A DNA stretch of 64,000 bases from Batkoa obscura (Eukaryota), in assembly GCA_030770535.1 (NCBI GenBank), contig JASVEC010000001.1, positions 1,550,001 through 1,614,000 on the forward strand. The letters are read 5' to 3'. A model generated the notes under the pieces. That model made no database searches, was not told the origin of the DNA, and worked only from the letters and a program-made list of their open reading frames with translations. Shown one piece after another: positions 13,966 to 26,431 of this stretch; within the stretch, counting starts at the first letter, position 1, and every line of letters starts with the position of its first letter. The translations under genes were made by a program, and so were the position numbers.

Positions 13966-14409
13966 TTATTTTTTACCGAATCTCTTCTTTTGGCGTTGAT
14001 TTTGAAACCAGATCTGTACCGATCTTGGTGGTAAACCTAATATTTTAGCAAGATAATGACGCATTTGTCGGGTAGGAAATTCAGTAATTTTATATACTGA
14101 ATTTAATATTAAGGTTTGACTTGGTAAGATACGTGATCTAGGTTGATGATAGTTGACCATTGGGTATCCTATTGTACGTACTATGGCTTCGACCCTTCTT
14201 ATTACTGGGGATAATCTTTCTCTCTCTGCTCTCTCATCCCTTTCTTCGTTTTCTTCATAGTTATAGACTTGTTGATGTAACAGTTCAGTGATACTTGGTA
14301 GACGAACGTGTTGGTCTGTGTATTTTGGATGAAGCTTCTCTGATTCCTCAATAAGATTAAAATTAATCAAGCTAATTGACAATTTATGTTTTAATAATTT
14401 GGACAACAT
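13966..14409 (-). CDS. Homeodomain transcription factor HD-C (147 aa, intronless)
   Basis: PRSRILPSQTLILNSVY..FPTRQMRHYLAKILGLPPRSVQIWFQNQRQK; LPSITEL motif. Confidence 0.95.
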   Translation of the reverse strand: MLSKLLKHKLSISLINFNLIEESEKLHPKYTDQHVRLPSITELLHQQVYNYEENEERDERAERERLSPVIRRVEAIVRTIGYPMVNYHQPRSRILPSQTLILNSVYKITEFPTRQMRHYLAKILGLPPRSVQIWFQNQRQKKRFGKK

Positions 14410-15613
14410 ATTTTAAAGTTAAAAATAATTTAAAGATTGAAATCGAAGTTTATATATGCCGTGTTTATTTGAGGGTCATAAACTATTATCAAATAATTAT
14501 TGCTTAATATTTTATTATTTTTTATTCAATCACCTCTTTTTGTTTTATATCCCTGTTTTAGATGATTCATACAGCCAATAATTTGGAGTAATTTTCCACT
14601 TTTTTTGTATTTTTATTAAATTTCTTAAATTAGCTTGTCCAGCTTGGTTTTAAAATGGTTTCAGATCTAGAAGTCTACTTAATTTAGCTATATGTTTCCA
14701 TGTTATGGAGTTGTCCTTTTTGAGCTCGTTGTTTTTTGTAAAAAAATAGAATATATTTGTATTAATAATATAAACTAATAAAAAAGCATAGAGAAGACAT
14801 TATCAATGATGTTTTGAGTGGATAAACCAGGCTTACAATGTTTTAATTTTTATTCTTTACTTCCAAGAATACGTACCATAGCTTGGGATCATTTATTTTA
14901 AAGCAGGATTCTAAATTAACATCCCATTAAGTAATTTATAAGATTAATTGAAATCAAGCTACAAATTATTTATCCGATAATTATATTGGGGTATAAAAAT
15001 AGAATGCTATAAAAAACATAGGTCTTATTTTAAAGGAATTATATTGATCGAATTTAAATGCAAGAGATAAATTTAACTAAAATTAGTTAATACTAACCGG
15101 TTGCTGTTGTTTGTTGAAATAGAAACTTAAATCATTATCTTTTGTAGCTATAACTATTGTCAATACAAGATTTAGTTTAAGGCTAATCTCCTTTAAGTAA
15201 TAAAAAATGAAACGGTCGATTATACATAGTTGACATTTTTAAACACTTTTTATTTTTTAAAAGATATACATTTACCTCAATTCCATCAATTAGTTGTTTT
15301 TATTTCCTACATAAACCTAATGAAATTTAATGTAAATAGTATTTTAAATATAATAAGTCTTATATTTTGAAACAAAGATATCTCGGGTTTAAAATGCTTT
15401 TATGGTATTCAATATTAAATACATTGTCACTTTTATTAAATTTAAAATCATAAGATTAATTACTTTTCAATATTAATCAATTGATAAAGATGGAAATTTA
15501 ATATAAATTGACCTCAGAGTTCAGGTTTAATAAATAACAAAGTATGTAAAACTAAAGTAGAACATTTCAAATTAATCTGTTTATTCTTAATGTATTTGTT
15601 TGATTCAATATTT

Positions 15614-15711
15614 AGGAGTATTTTTTTTTGTTTCATTACTTTTTCCATTTTTTAAGCACTATTTGAGTGCAAAGACTATCGTAAAATTCTTGAACAAAAA
15701 AATATATCCTC
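15614..15711 (+). mobile_element. ~100-bp MITE
   Basis: Family match, TSD ATTT. Confidence 0.85.
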
Positions 15712-16231
15712 ATTTATTAGATACTGATATTTTAGTATTAATACTTCAAATTGTTTAACTTGAGAATTTCGTTTTCAAAAATAGATTTTATCCTAATATA
15801 ATGTATATAATAAATAAAATAAGTTTTTAAGGGTCAAATTATCAATAACTAAATATAAAACATCATCAAAAGTCATATTTGATGTCATCAATGGCAGGAA
15901 GATTAAAAATCTAGTATTGAATTTAAAGGTTATAAAATTAAGGGGAGAGTTTTAGAAATCTAAACAATTATCCTTACATTATAACTGAATTAAAGTTAAA
16001 TGGTCTCAGTTAAGTACAAATATTTCAATTGACTAATTAATTAGTGATATTTCACTTTGTAAAACTAATTTAAACTTTTTTTCCTTCTGAATAATCAAAG
16101 TATGATAAGCTTTTGAATACTCTTATTTTTTTACTCTAAATTTATTCTGATACTATTATAGTATAGGAATTTAGGTTCCATTTTATTAAAATTTATTTAT
16201 AATAGTCAAATTTTCATTTTAAATATGCTAT

Positions 16232-16328
16232 GGGGGTGCTTTTTTTGGCTTCATTATACTTTCCTTTTTTTAAGCACTATTTAAGTAGAAGTTGTTAGTA
16301 AAATTCTTAAACAAAAAAATACATCCCC
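16232..16328 (+). mobile_element. ~100-bp MITE
   Basis: Family match, flanks CTAT/ATAT. Confidence 0.85.
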
Positions 16329-16682
16329 ATATAATATATAGCTTAAATTAGCAACAATTTAATCCAAACTAAATTAATAAGCTCCATCTGAATTTTAATA
16401 GCAAACATAGATCATTTGTGAATGGCTATATTATTTAGTAAAATAGGATACAGTATTTAAATGTAAAAATAAGATTAAAACAGGTCAAGCCTAAAACATT
16501 CTGTTAAATTATTTATTCTTATTTTTATTTTTATACATTTTGATGGTGCCAAATTATTTTTCTAAAAGTCTCAAAACTCTAAATTCATATTTAAACACTG
16601 CAAAGTGGATGAGCCAATAAAATAGAATGATTAAATTATTATACTACAAAACAATTTTTTCTAATATTTAGCTTCTTTAAAC

Positions 16683-18871
16683 ATGAAAAACAATAGTTCA
16701 AGAATAGATAGGAGGCTTAGTGACTCAAATGGAGATCTTAATGAGAATGGAATTTCAGAGCCTAACATTAGTGAAATTAGACATGGATTAGAAGTCTTGG
16801 ATGGTTTAATGGTAATTCTGAAATATGTAACTAAATTAATACTAATTGATATTTAGAATAAATACATTCAAGTAGGGGGGAATAAAATCAAAAATACAAC
16901 GATTCAAAGTTTAAATAAAAAATCAGCTTCAGTAAATAAAGAATCTACCAGAAAAAGTGGAGATGCTACGACAACTACATATAAAAGAAATTTAAATGAA
17001 GAATATATACCGGGAGGAGAGATAAATAAAAGCCAAAATAAGTACAACGGTAGAAGAGCGTCAAGTAGAAACAGTAATGAAAAATTGGAAAAAAAAGAAT
17101 ACAATCAATTTCACCACAGTGAATTATCTAAAGAAATGCGGAAAAAGAAGGTGAAAAGTGATGATGTCTTGGAAGCTGTTAAATATAATGAAAAAAGTTT
17201 TGGGCTATCAAAAAGTAAATTTCGATTGAGTGAAGCAGAATCAACAATAGTAGATGGAGGATCTAGCCTAAAGTTGAATAAGGATAATGCCAATCGTTCA
17301 ACATTTAGTGAAGAGGAGCCTTCAATTTTACTTGATAGAAGTTTTGATAAGGATAATTCATTAAACTTAGACGATGACATCACGTTCAGTAAAATGGAAT
17401 CGATATTAATTGAACCTCAAAAAAAAATGGAGTCAGTTTATCAAAAGCCAAGCTTGATTCAAGTAGATAAAAAGATTAAACAAGATAGAGGTGAATTATC
17501 TACTAGTTTTTTAGAAGGAATGAGTAATGTTAGGGAAAATAGCATTGATGATTTAAATGAAATTACATTTGATAATCATTTAAATAATAATAAATTAGAT
17601 ATCAGGTTAGAAGATGATATATTGCACAATTTAAGTTTACCAGAAAAATTGTTCAAATTCAATTTATCAAGTAACAGCGGCGAAGCGTTTGATGTTTTAG
17701 AGAATAAAGAAACAGACCGAATGTTTTATAACAAATCAGAAACGGAGTTATTAACTACAAATCGTAAAAAAGAAGGAATAAACCAAAGTCAAGTCAAACT
17801 GACTGCAGCACAAAAACTAAAAGTGGAATTACAAAACATTGAGTTAGAAACTAAGAAAGTTAATATTGATAGAATACTTAATAAAAATTATTATGGGAGC
17901 TATAATGCCCAACATAGTACTCCGCTTTCTAATAAAAGAAACTATACTAGTAATGATAAAATCGGATTTGGTGGTAAATATGATTAACTATGCTTTAAGA
18001 AATAATTACTAAATATTACAGATTTAAACATTGGAAAAGAAATAAAGGCTAAACTAATTAAACTTGACTTTTACAAAAAAGTAGAGGTAAATTATATTCA
18101 AACACTGTTTAATGATAAATCAATGTATTTACTTTTATTTAGGATAATTATATGGTTGATTATACAGAATTAATTCAACTTGGATTTTCAGTTGAACTAC
18201 GATCAACAATGATAGGTAATTTAGCTACTTTATGTAATAAACTAAAATTGCCTAAGGACGTATTGTTTGAATCTGTACATCATATGGATCGATTTTTAAC
18301 TTATCATAAATTAGTTAAGCATGAACATATAATTTATACTTCTCAATTATGCTTTTATTTTGCAATGTATCTATTTAACTCAGAGTGTATCCCATTCAAT
18401 GAGTTTTTAAATATATGTAATGTTGATTTAAATCGTTATAAAGTATCTCGGTATTTTAAGCGAATTAATTATTTTATCATGAATAACTATCGAACATACA
18501 TTCCAATTAATGATTACATAGAGTTATTCGTATCTGAGCAAAAGGGCTGTTTAAATCCGTTGTTTAAGCAAATAGTTAAGTATTTAATGGAAGTAACTTT
18601 ATACAATGAAAAGTTTTATGAATATAAAAAAAGTTTGATAATCACCAGTTTAGTCCAGGTTACAAAAGAGATGTTGCATATTAAAGGATTAATTTTCAAT
18701 AGTCATACATTAAATAAAGAGAAAGAAACAGAATTGAAATTAACCCAGCAGCTTTTGAAGCATTCTATCAAAGCTATCCCAAATTATCCCAGCGATCATA
18801 CTTATTCGAAAGAGTACAAACATGTGCTTTTTATTGTTAAATCTTATTATGGGTTGACTGAAACTAATTAA
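16683..18871 (+). CDS. Divergent cyclin (A/B-type-like fold) with long disordered N-terminus, 4 exons
   Basis: Exons 16683-16811, 16857-17973, 18022-18086, 18143-18871 splice in frame via GT..AG introns; cyclin-box-like NYM..LRSTMIGNL..LFESVHHMDRFL and KYLMEVTL..F..YKKSLI. Confidence 0.85.
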
Positions 18872-21800
18872 GTTATACTGATCAATTTTTATTTAACTTA
18901 ATTTTTTAAAGTAATTAATTTTAACAGGATCTGGAAGGGTTTTTCATCTATTATTTTGTGAATAAAATCTAGGGGTACATTTTTTGCTTAAAGATTGGTT
19001 GCTATTTTTTTAGAAGTTTAGTTCCATAAAAACGGACAAAACACTATAAATAGATATTTTAAAGTGTTAACTTAAATTCAATTTGGCTTTTTATTTAATT
19101 GTGTTAATATATTCTACTTTATTTTGTTTAAAGTTACGTACCTGAGGCACTGTTTATTTAAATAGCTTTGTAAATTTTAGCTGGAATCAGAATTAGACCC
19201 TTTGACTAATAATGTGAAACATATCTTATTCAAACTACAAGAAAATGAATAACGACCAGAACAAACTGACAATACATACTATATAACTCTACAGGCTATT
19301 GGTTGTAAGTACAAGGCTTGGAGGTGTACTTCATAGGTTTATCTCAGAATCAAAACCCCAACCCCTCAGTAAAGGTAGCCAATGGTGGTATCCTACCTTA
19401 TTGTTATTGTAAAAATTCAACTATAGTATTTATACGATGCCCTGTTATTTAATCTAGTTTTATATTATTAATAAAGCTGTCCCTTAGGAGCCCATCTCCT
19501 TCAAGCTAAAAATTTATATCTATGCAATAATATCAATCATTTAATAAACTTAACTATCATCATGGTTATGAAATTTAAAAAAATTCTACTAATTTACTTT
19601 CGATAGCAATATAAAGCTTTCATAAAAGAGGACACTTATTTTGGGACAGTGGTACTAGAAAATAAGATTGATCAGAGTTCGAAGTATATTTGGGCAAATC
19701 CAAAGTTTGTAATAGGGTTTACTTTATTTCTAGCTACTACTGGTTTAAATTAAACGTGGATTGAGCATTTTTAATTTAACAATCTGTCCCATGCTATGTT
19801 TAAATTCAGTAAATACAAACAAAAAGGGCTAATCCACATTCAACTCAAACTAGTAGTATTATTTATATTTATATATAAATATAATGAAATCTACTTTACT
19901 TTTATTTGTATTATAAAGTACTGTATGATACAAAAATTAAGTGAGCTGTTAAACTATTTTACTAATGTTCTATAAATATAAGCTATACACTATTAATTCC
20001 ATTAATACAAACTGATCAGTTGTTTTGAATCCATCCTACTATTAAAATACTATTTATAGCAAGTTATTTATTAAAACATGCTTTAATAATCTATACGGGT
20101 TTTATTTTGAAAGAGGATCATTTTTATCCCCTATCATTAATAAAGGTAAATCAATTCTTAATGAAAAGACAAAATTGGTAAAGGCAGACTTTAATTTATC
20201 CAAATCTACCTGTAGTATGGACCCCCTAACCTGAAAAATGTACATCAAAATAGCATCTGGTTGTGCTTCATTAAATCATAGTTTGACACAAGGCTTTTGT
20301 TTTAGTATCAATTAAATAGCAATACGGTTTGAGTAGTCGATTCACTTTGGAAATGGTAAAAAAATTGAAACATCAGCTTTTATTTTTTCTTGTTTTAAGA
20401 TGCATACAGTAGTTCGTCGCTGTAATTACTTATTTTGATAATGTTACGGTTGTTTTTAATTCATTAAAATTTATAGATATAATAAACGGAAAAAATTCTT
20501 GTTTTTACATAACTATACCTTTTTAAAAAACATTAAAAATAATAATTGAATATTGGTATTATAAATATTACAGGAAATATTATTTGTGTATTTGTCATAC
20601 TTTTAAGCTTACTCAAAATTAAATTTTTAAGTTAAAAATCATTTTCCGCTTATTCATATAAATAGTTTTACATTGGAGTTTATCATACCACAAATACCTT
20701 TAATGATTTCCATGTTTTAAAATATAAAGGTAATTTAAGTAAATCGTCGATAAAAAACCATGTTATAAAAATGTTATTAACTTCGGAGTGTAGATACATA
20801 TTCAAATAGAACAAGGGATAGAAAATTTTGTGATATTAAAAATTTATTAAATTTATTGCAATTTGTGATATCTTTATAGTTTCATATTCTTGTCAAATTT
20901 ACCTATTTTTAACTATAATATAACTCATGACATGAATTCTTGAAAAGTATTTTTTAAAGTATACTTTTCTATTGCATTATTTAATTAGCATTTTATATAG
21001 CAATAACGTAGGTATAATATTTAATATTGTAGTCATCCTGTAGTGCAACTATATAATAGCTCAAAAATAACCTAAACTGAAACTCAAAGTTCAATTCTTT
21101 ATTGTATAATTAGTTAGATAAAAGAAACTACTTTAAACGCCATTTTATCTAGAATCAAATCATATTGTAAAAATTAATTCAGCTACGATCAGTATCTTCT
21201 ATTAGAAATATTTTGGAAGTATAATTTGATAATTATTAAGATTGACTTTTAAGATGCTTTCCGCCATTCATGACTAGGTTTAGGGGATAAGATTAAACGA
21301 GTTTATTATGCTGAAAATGATTCTAATTTTTAAAAAAAAGTATTTATTCAAAATTATTAAGTTTATAAACAAAGTGATTGGTTAAAAACTAGTTTAATAA
21401 TCTTGGTTAATATTTACTTGTTAGGGGAGTTGTTTTATTTTAAAATATTTAAAATTGTATAATAGCTTATCATTTTAATGAAATTTTCAAAAAGGCTACT
21501 TTTATTACCAATCATTATTTGTATGTGTCTACTCTAAAGTTCATATAATTATAAGTTGAGAACAATATTGTAAATATTTTTATCAAATTTGTTTAAATCA
21601 ATATTTAATAATCTATATCAAAATATAGATTTATGATTTATAGAAGAATATAGATACATAACTAATGGAAATATAAGCCTAAAATAGGTGTTTTTTGACA
21701 TTTTTAGTTTGAACTTATTACAATGTACAAGACATCTTATAAAGTTTATTTGATTCACAGCATTATCTAAAAAAAACAGTGTAATATTTTATTAATTTTG

Positions 21801-22124
21801 TTTGGACAATTTGAGTTGTACTAATTTCTTATATCAAGCTTTATATAAATTACTTATATTTATAATTGATAGAGGAAACAACGTATTGAAGATAGTTAAA
21901 AAAAACCTGACATTATTAGTTAATAATCTAAAAAATGATACATGAATAAATTTGAGTAAAACCCAAAACTTTTATTGATAAAAAAATGTTTTAAAGCCAA
22001 AAGATATATACAAAGCTTGATAAAACGCAATAGAATTAATGATATACTGTTGTAGTAAAAGATAATCGAGTATTTTTGGGGATAGCTAGATCTTCAAAAT
22101 GAGCATATGAATAAAAAGAATAGG

Positions 22125-22568
22125 TCAAAGTTTAAAGTAACCAAGGTATGCATTATGGCCATAGTAAGCTGAGCTACGAGTAATACTCAAAGCCTGGCGC
22201 TTATTTTGGAACCAAATTTGGATCGCCCTTGGAGTCATTTTTAATCGTTCAGCCAGCTGAATTCTATCAAGAGTTGAGGGAAAAGAGTTAATTTTGAATA
22301 CTTGCTCTAAAATTCGAGTTTGGGTATTATCAGCTCTTTTACGTTTAGGCTTAAGGTTCTTCGCATTATATGGTAAATGCTCATAATATTTATCTCTCAT
22401 CGATGAAGGAGCACATGTATTGATTGGAGCCAAACACAAAGGGGATTCAGACGAAAGTGGGGTAATGTCTGAAAATGCTTTCCTCTCAGGGTATTCTATA
22501 AGATCCTTTTCAGATGATTCAGAGTTCAAAATGAAGTTAAGGCTAAAATAGGCACTCTTTTCACTCAT
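22125..22568 (-). CDS. Homeodomain transcription factor HD-D (147 aa, intronless)
   Basis: KPKRKRADNTQTRILEQVF..FPSTLDRIQLAERLKMTPRAIQIWFQNKRQA; N-terminal FSLNFILN. Confidence 0.95.
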   Translation of the reverse strand: MSEKSAYFSLNFILNSESSEKDLIEYPERKAFSDITPLSSESPLCLAPINTCAPSSMRDKYYEHLPYNAKNLKPKRKRADNTQTRILEQVFKINSFPSTLDRIQLAERLKMTPRAIQIWFQNKRQALSITRSSAYYGHNAYLGYFKL

Positions 22569-22608
22569 AATAGCTTAAAGATATTTAAAATTTTAAGGAA
22601 AATGTATT

Positions 22609-22622
22609 CTTTATATACTTTT
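22609..22622 (-). promoter_or_regulatory. TATA box of HD-D
   Basis: AAAAGTATATAAAG about 40 bp upstream of ATG. Confidence 0.5.
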
Positions 22623-23411
22623 CAAATCTTTATTTTTTGCATCTGAGCTCACTCTTATAATAAACAGGATATAATGCATTATTAATAATTACAACCATGG
22701 TGGTATTATTACTTTTTAAAGAAGATTTTTATTTATAAGGGAGAATGTAAATTTATGAAAAGGTTTATATATAAAAAGAACAGCCGAAATGTTCAGCTGT
22801 AGACAAGCTAACCAAATGAAACTATGAACTTATTAGAGCTAAGTATTACGTCCTTAGATTCCCTCGAAATAACCTACTGATAGTGACTATTAAATTGGAT
22901 GGTAATAAAAGGTTGTATAGTTTTAATTAAAAAAGGAATAGAAAGAAATGGGTGTTGTTTTTTTTATTATAAAAAGTATCATCAAATTAACAAAAATGAA
23001 AAGCTTACATAGCAGGTTTTTATATCTACTATTGTTTTGCAAAACCTGAATAAAATATGATTTTGATTTTGATTTTTAAAATTAAATAAAATGCAAACCA
23101 ATAAAAAACATGCCTATACAAACATGACTAAGACCTTTGCAGGTTATTTATGTTTAAATCAAAACAAATCGCTTTTTAAAAAAAAATTACTCTAAAAGAT
23201 CTTTTTAACAAAAGTGTTTGTACAAAATTTTTGCAAGTTCAAGTAAATCAAAATATTATTTATAAGTAATAGAGTATTATAATTGGAAACATTTATACTT
23301 TAAATAATTTTGTTTATATATATTGAATATCATTATATTTACTATTTTTATAATATGATTTTTATATAATTTTTAAAATTAATCATTTTTACCAACTTAA
23401 ATTATTTATAT

Positions 23412-23511
23412 AGGGGTGTTTTTTTTTGGTTTCATCACTTTTTCCATCTTTTAAGCACTATTTGAGCGGAAAAACTGTTAATAAAACCCTTAAACATAAA
23501 AACACATCCCC
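23412..23511 (+). mobile_element. ~100-bp MITE
   Basis: Family match, TSD ATAT. Confidence 0.85.
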
Positions 23512-23854
23512 ATATACAATTTTTATTTTGAAAATATTAAATTTTGTTCTAACTTTAGCTGCTATGATTATATTAAAATACTAGTAAATATTTTTTAACT
23601 TTTTTAATTACAATTATGAATTGTTTTTTTTACATTTAGTTAATATTTCAATTTTTTTTATTAAAACATATATATTAATAAATTGATTTACAATAAATAA
23701 ATAATATTCAAACTGCAATTTTTTAAATAATAATATTAAAAACTAAACTTTGTTTTTTATTAAAATACTTTATAATTTATATTAAGTTTTCATAACGACA
23801 TTTTTAAATAAAAGTACTTGTTATTGCAGTTTTATTGAAAAATAAATAATATAT

Positions 23855-23953
23855 GGGGATGTCTTTTTTTATTTAAGAATTTTACTAACAATCTTTCCAC
23901 TTAAATAGCGCTTAAAAAATGGAAAAAATAATGAAATCAAAAAAAACACCCCC
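23855..23953 (-). mobile_element. ~100-bp MITE
   Basis: Family match, TSD ATAT. Confidence 0.85.
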
Positions 23954-24766
23954 ATATAGTGATAAGTACCATTGCTTTAATCTTTATTTTATAAAAGATC
24001 AAAGTAATGTAGTTTATAACTATTATATTAAATTTTGATTTTTTTATTTAAGCAAACATTCAAAAACTGATTGGCTCTAAGTATTTTAAAACACCATAAA
24101 TAATACATTCAGAAGCGAATTTTAGTCAGTAATTAAACTTTCGAAAGAGTACTTTAAGAAATCCTAGATATGTGAATAAAGCTTTATTTTATAGAGTCAA
24201 ACGCTTATAGTGTAGCCATACACTACATCAGAGTGTATGTAAAATGTGAATTATGAAATTGTAAAAAGGTATGGGAGCGCCTTTTTTGTTTTGATGCTTA
24301 GCCGATTTGGTTGAGGTCTTAGAGAATTGGTATTATAACAGCCTCCTGGAAATTATATATATAAATGAAAGCCAACCAAAAAACGCCAATTAAACAAAAA
24401 AATAGCTACAATGATTCTAAATATACCAATCTTAACCCTAACTCTAACCTAATCTTCATTTTACTTTAATCGATTTGTATAAGTAAAAGCAATATAATAC
24501 TTTAATTTATGTTTTAAAATTTATCAGCAGTTTTTCGTTTGGGTTCATCAACTGTCTTTATCGAAATTTTTTAAATTTTTAATGATACCAGTTCTTTAAG
24601 ACCTTGATTACTGATTTTTGTCTTTGTAAGAATAGACAAAAAAATGAAATTAAAAAAGATATTTCAGTGTGCCAACTTTTTATTACAGTCAATTTAACTA
24701 ACATATATAATAAAAAATTAGAAATAAATTAAATGATAAAATTTAAATGGTTATTTAAGATTAATT

Positions 24767-25796
24767 CTACATTAGTTTTGGGGAAGCTTTGAAATAGGCA
24801 ATAGGTAGGTCACAAGAGTTAGTCCCATCTAAAGACTCCGTTTCAGATTTATCAAAGGCATTTGTCTCTGGAGCAGAGTTTGGAAAATAAAAGCTGGAGT
24901 CATCTAGAATATCAGGAATGTAATCTTTAGGTTTCTTGTTTTCCTTAGTTAAATCTTTACTAACAAAGTTAGGCGATTCAACTTCCATCCTTTTCTTTGC
25001 TTCCCTTTTTTCATCCTTTTCGCCGTTAGAACCAGTAACGTAATCCATTAATTGTTTGTACTGCTCTGGAGGAATAGTCCAATAGACAGGCTCTAACATA
25101 CTATTGTAAGTCGATAAATCTAAAGAATCAGATCAAAATTTAAAACAATAACAGTTATCTATTACTCATTATTTTGTCTTCTTTCACAATAGTTTTGTAT
25201 AAAGTTGATATTAATTCACTATGATGATATAGACTTAAAATATTAGAAAATCACGTATTGAAAATATCAAGTAATACCCATAATCTTTCGAAATATTTTC
25301 ACAATAACTCAGAACACTATCATCAAATGATAAATTCACTTCCTTTTCATTTCCTGTTACTTTCTCCTTTTCCTTTGATTGTAATATTTTAAGTTTGTCA
25401 ATAATCAATATGCATGCTGAGCCAAACTTGAATTCATACCTTCTTTTATTGTATCTTTTTAGCTCCACCGAATAACTTTTCTCAAATTGGTTATCCCAAG
25501 AAGTAAGAATGCAGACAACGCTGTAAACATCAGATCTAAAAAGCGCAACAAATATGTCCTTTTCATTACTACTATTGACTTTTAACATTTTTGTTTCCTT
25601 TTTGTTAATTAGTCCTACTTTATAATTCAATTTGTGTACCTATTATTCATTAAAAGATTAAATCAACTTAAATTTATATTACTTCTTCTATGATTCCTTT
25701 TCTACTCTTTTTACACCATTCTTGTGACTCATTACTTTTTTCCAACAATTCATGGGATACCATTGTGTTTTCTAACCATCCTTTTTCCTCCCCCAT
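24767..25796 (-). CDS. Hypothetical protein, about 298 aa, 4 exons
   Basis: Exons 25796-25683, 25639-25278, 25233-25166, 25119-24767 join in frame via three 43-46 nt GT..AG introns, linking the ORF-track pieces 25235..25630 and 24767..25099. Confidence 0.75.
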
Positions 25797-25861
25797 TTTT
25801 TAAAAAGAAGTTAGATGTTTTTATTTATATAATGAAATATTTGGAAAAAATGAATTGTAAA

Positions 25862-26360
25862 GGATTCCAAAGCAATTTTAGATTTGTATAAAATGGCTCG
25901 GATTTTTGTAAAATTACTTCAGCTTTTGATTAGCTAGATCTGGACAAGCTAAAAAATCGCTTAAAATGTTTGTTAGTGTAATTTCAAACTAAAAATCAAA
26001 ACTATTGAGATATTAGTATAACTATTAATACATGTTCAAATAAATAACAATTTATAGACAGATATCTTTAAATAATATGATCAAGTCAAAATAAATACTC
26101 TTGTTATTATATACAACTAAATTCTTATTAAAAGTTAAAAAAATCGATAATTTGATAATTTTAAATTTAAATTCACCTAACCTATACTTGAGCTAATATA
26201 TTTTTGTCCAAAATTTACTTTGACATAATTTAGTTTGAAATTACACTAACAAACATTTTAAGCGATTTTTTAGCTTGTCCAGATCTAGCTAATCAAAAGC
26301 TGAAGTAATTTTACAAAAATCCGAGCCATTTTATACAAATCTAAAATTGCTTTGGAACCC
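25862..26360. mobile_element. Foldback / long-TIR non-autonomous element
   Basis: Arms 25862-25993 and 26229-26360 are reverse complements with one mismatch in 132 bp; no clear TSD. Confidence 0.75.
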
Positions 26361-26431
26361 TATATAACGAGTTTTGCTTTTTTTCGTAAATTATGTGCAA
26401 TTAAAAATTATAATAAATAAAAACAAAGGAT

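Noticed and set aside
16904..17383. Minus-strand ORFs (also 30024-30296, 48084-48314, 59099-59290, 61390-61584, 63554-63775)
   Set aside because: Antisense shadows of well-supported genes
24430..24455. Telomere-like TAACCCTAACTCTAACCTAA
   Set aside because: Only one exact unit; too short to be meaningful
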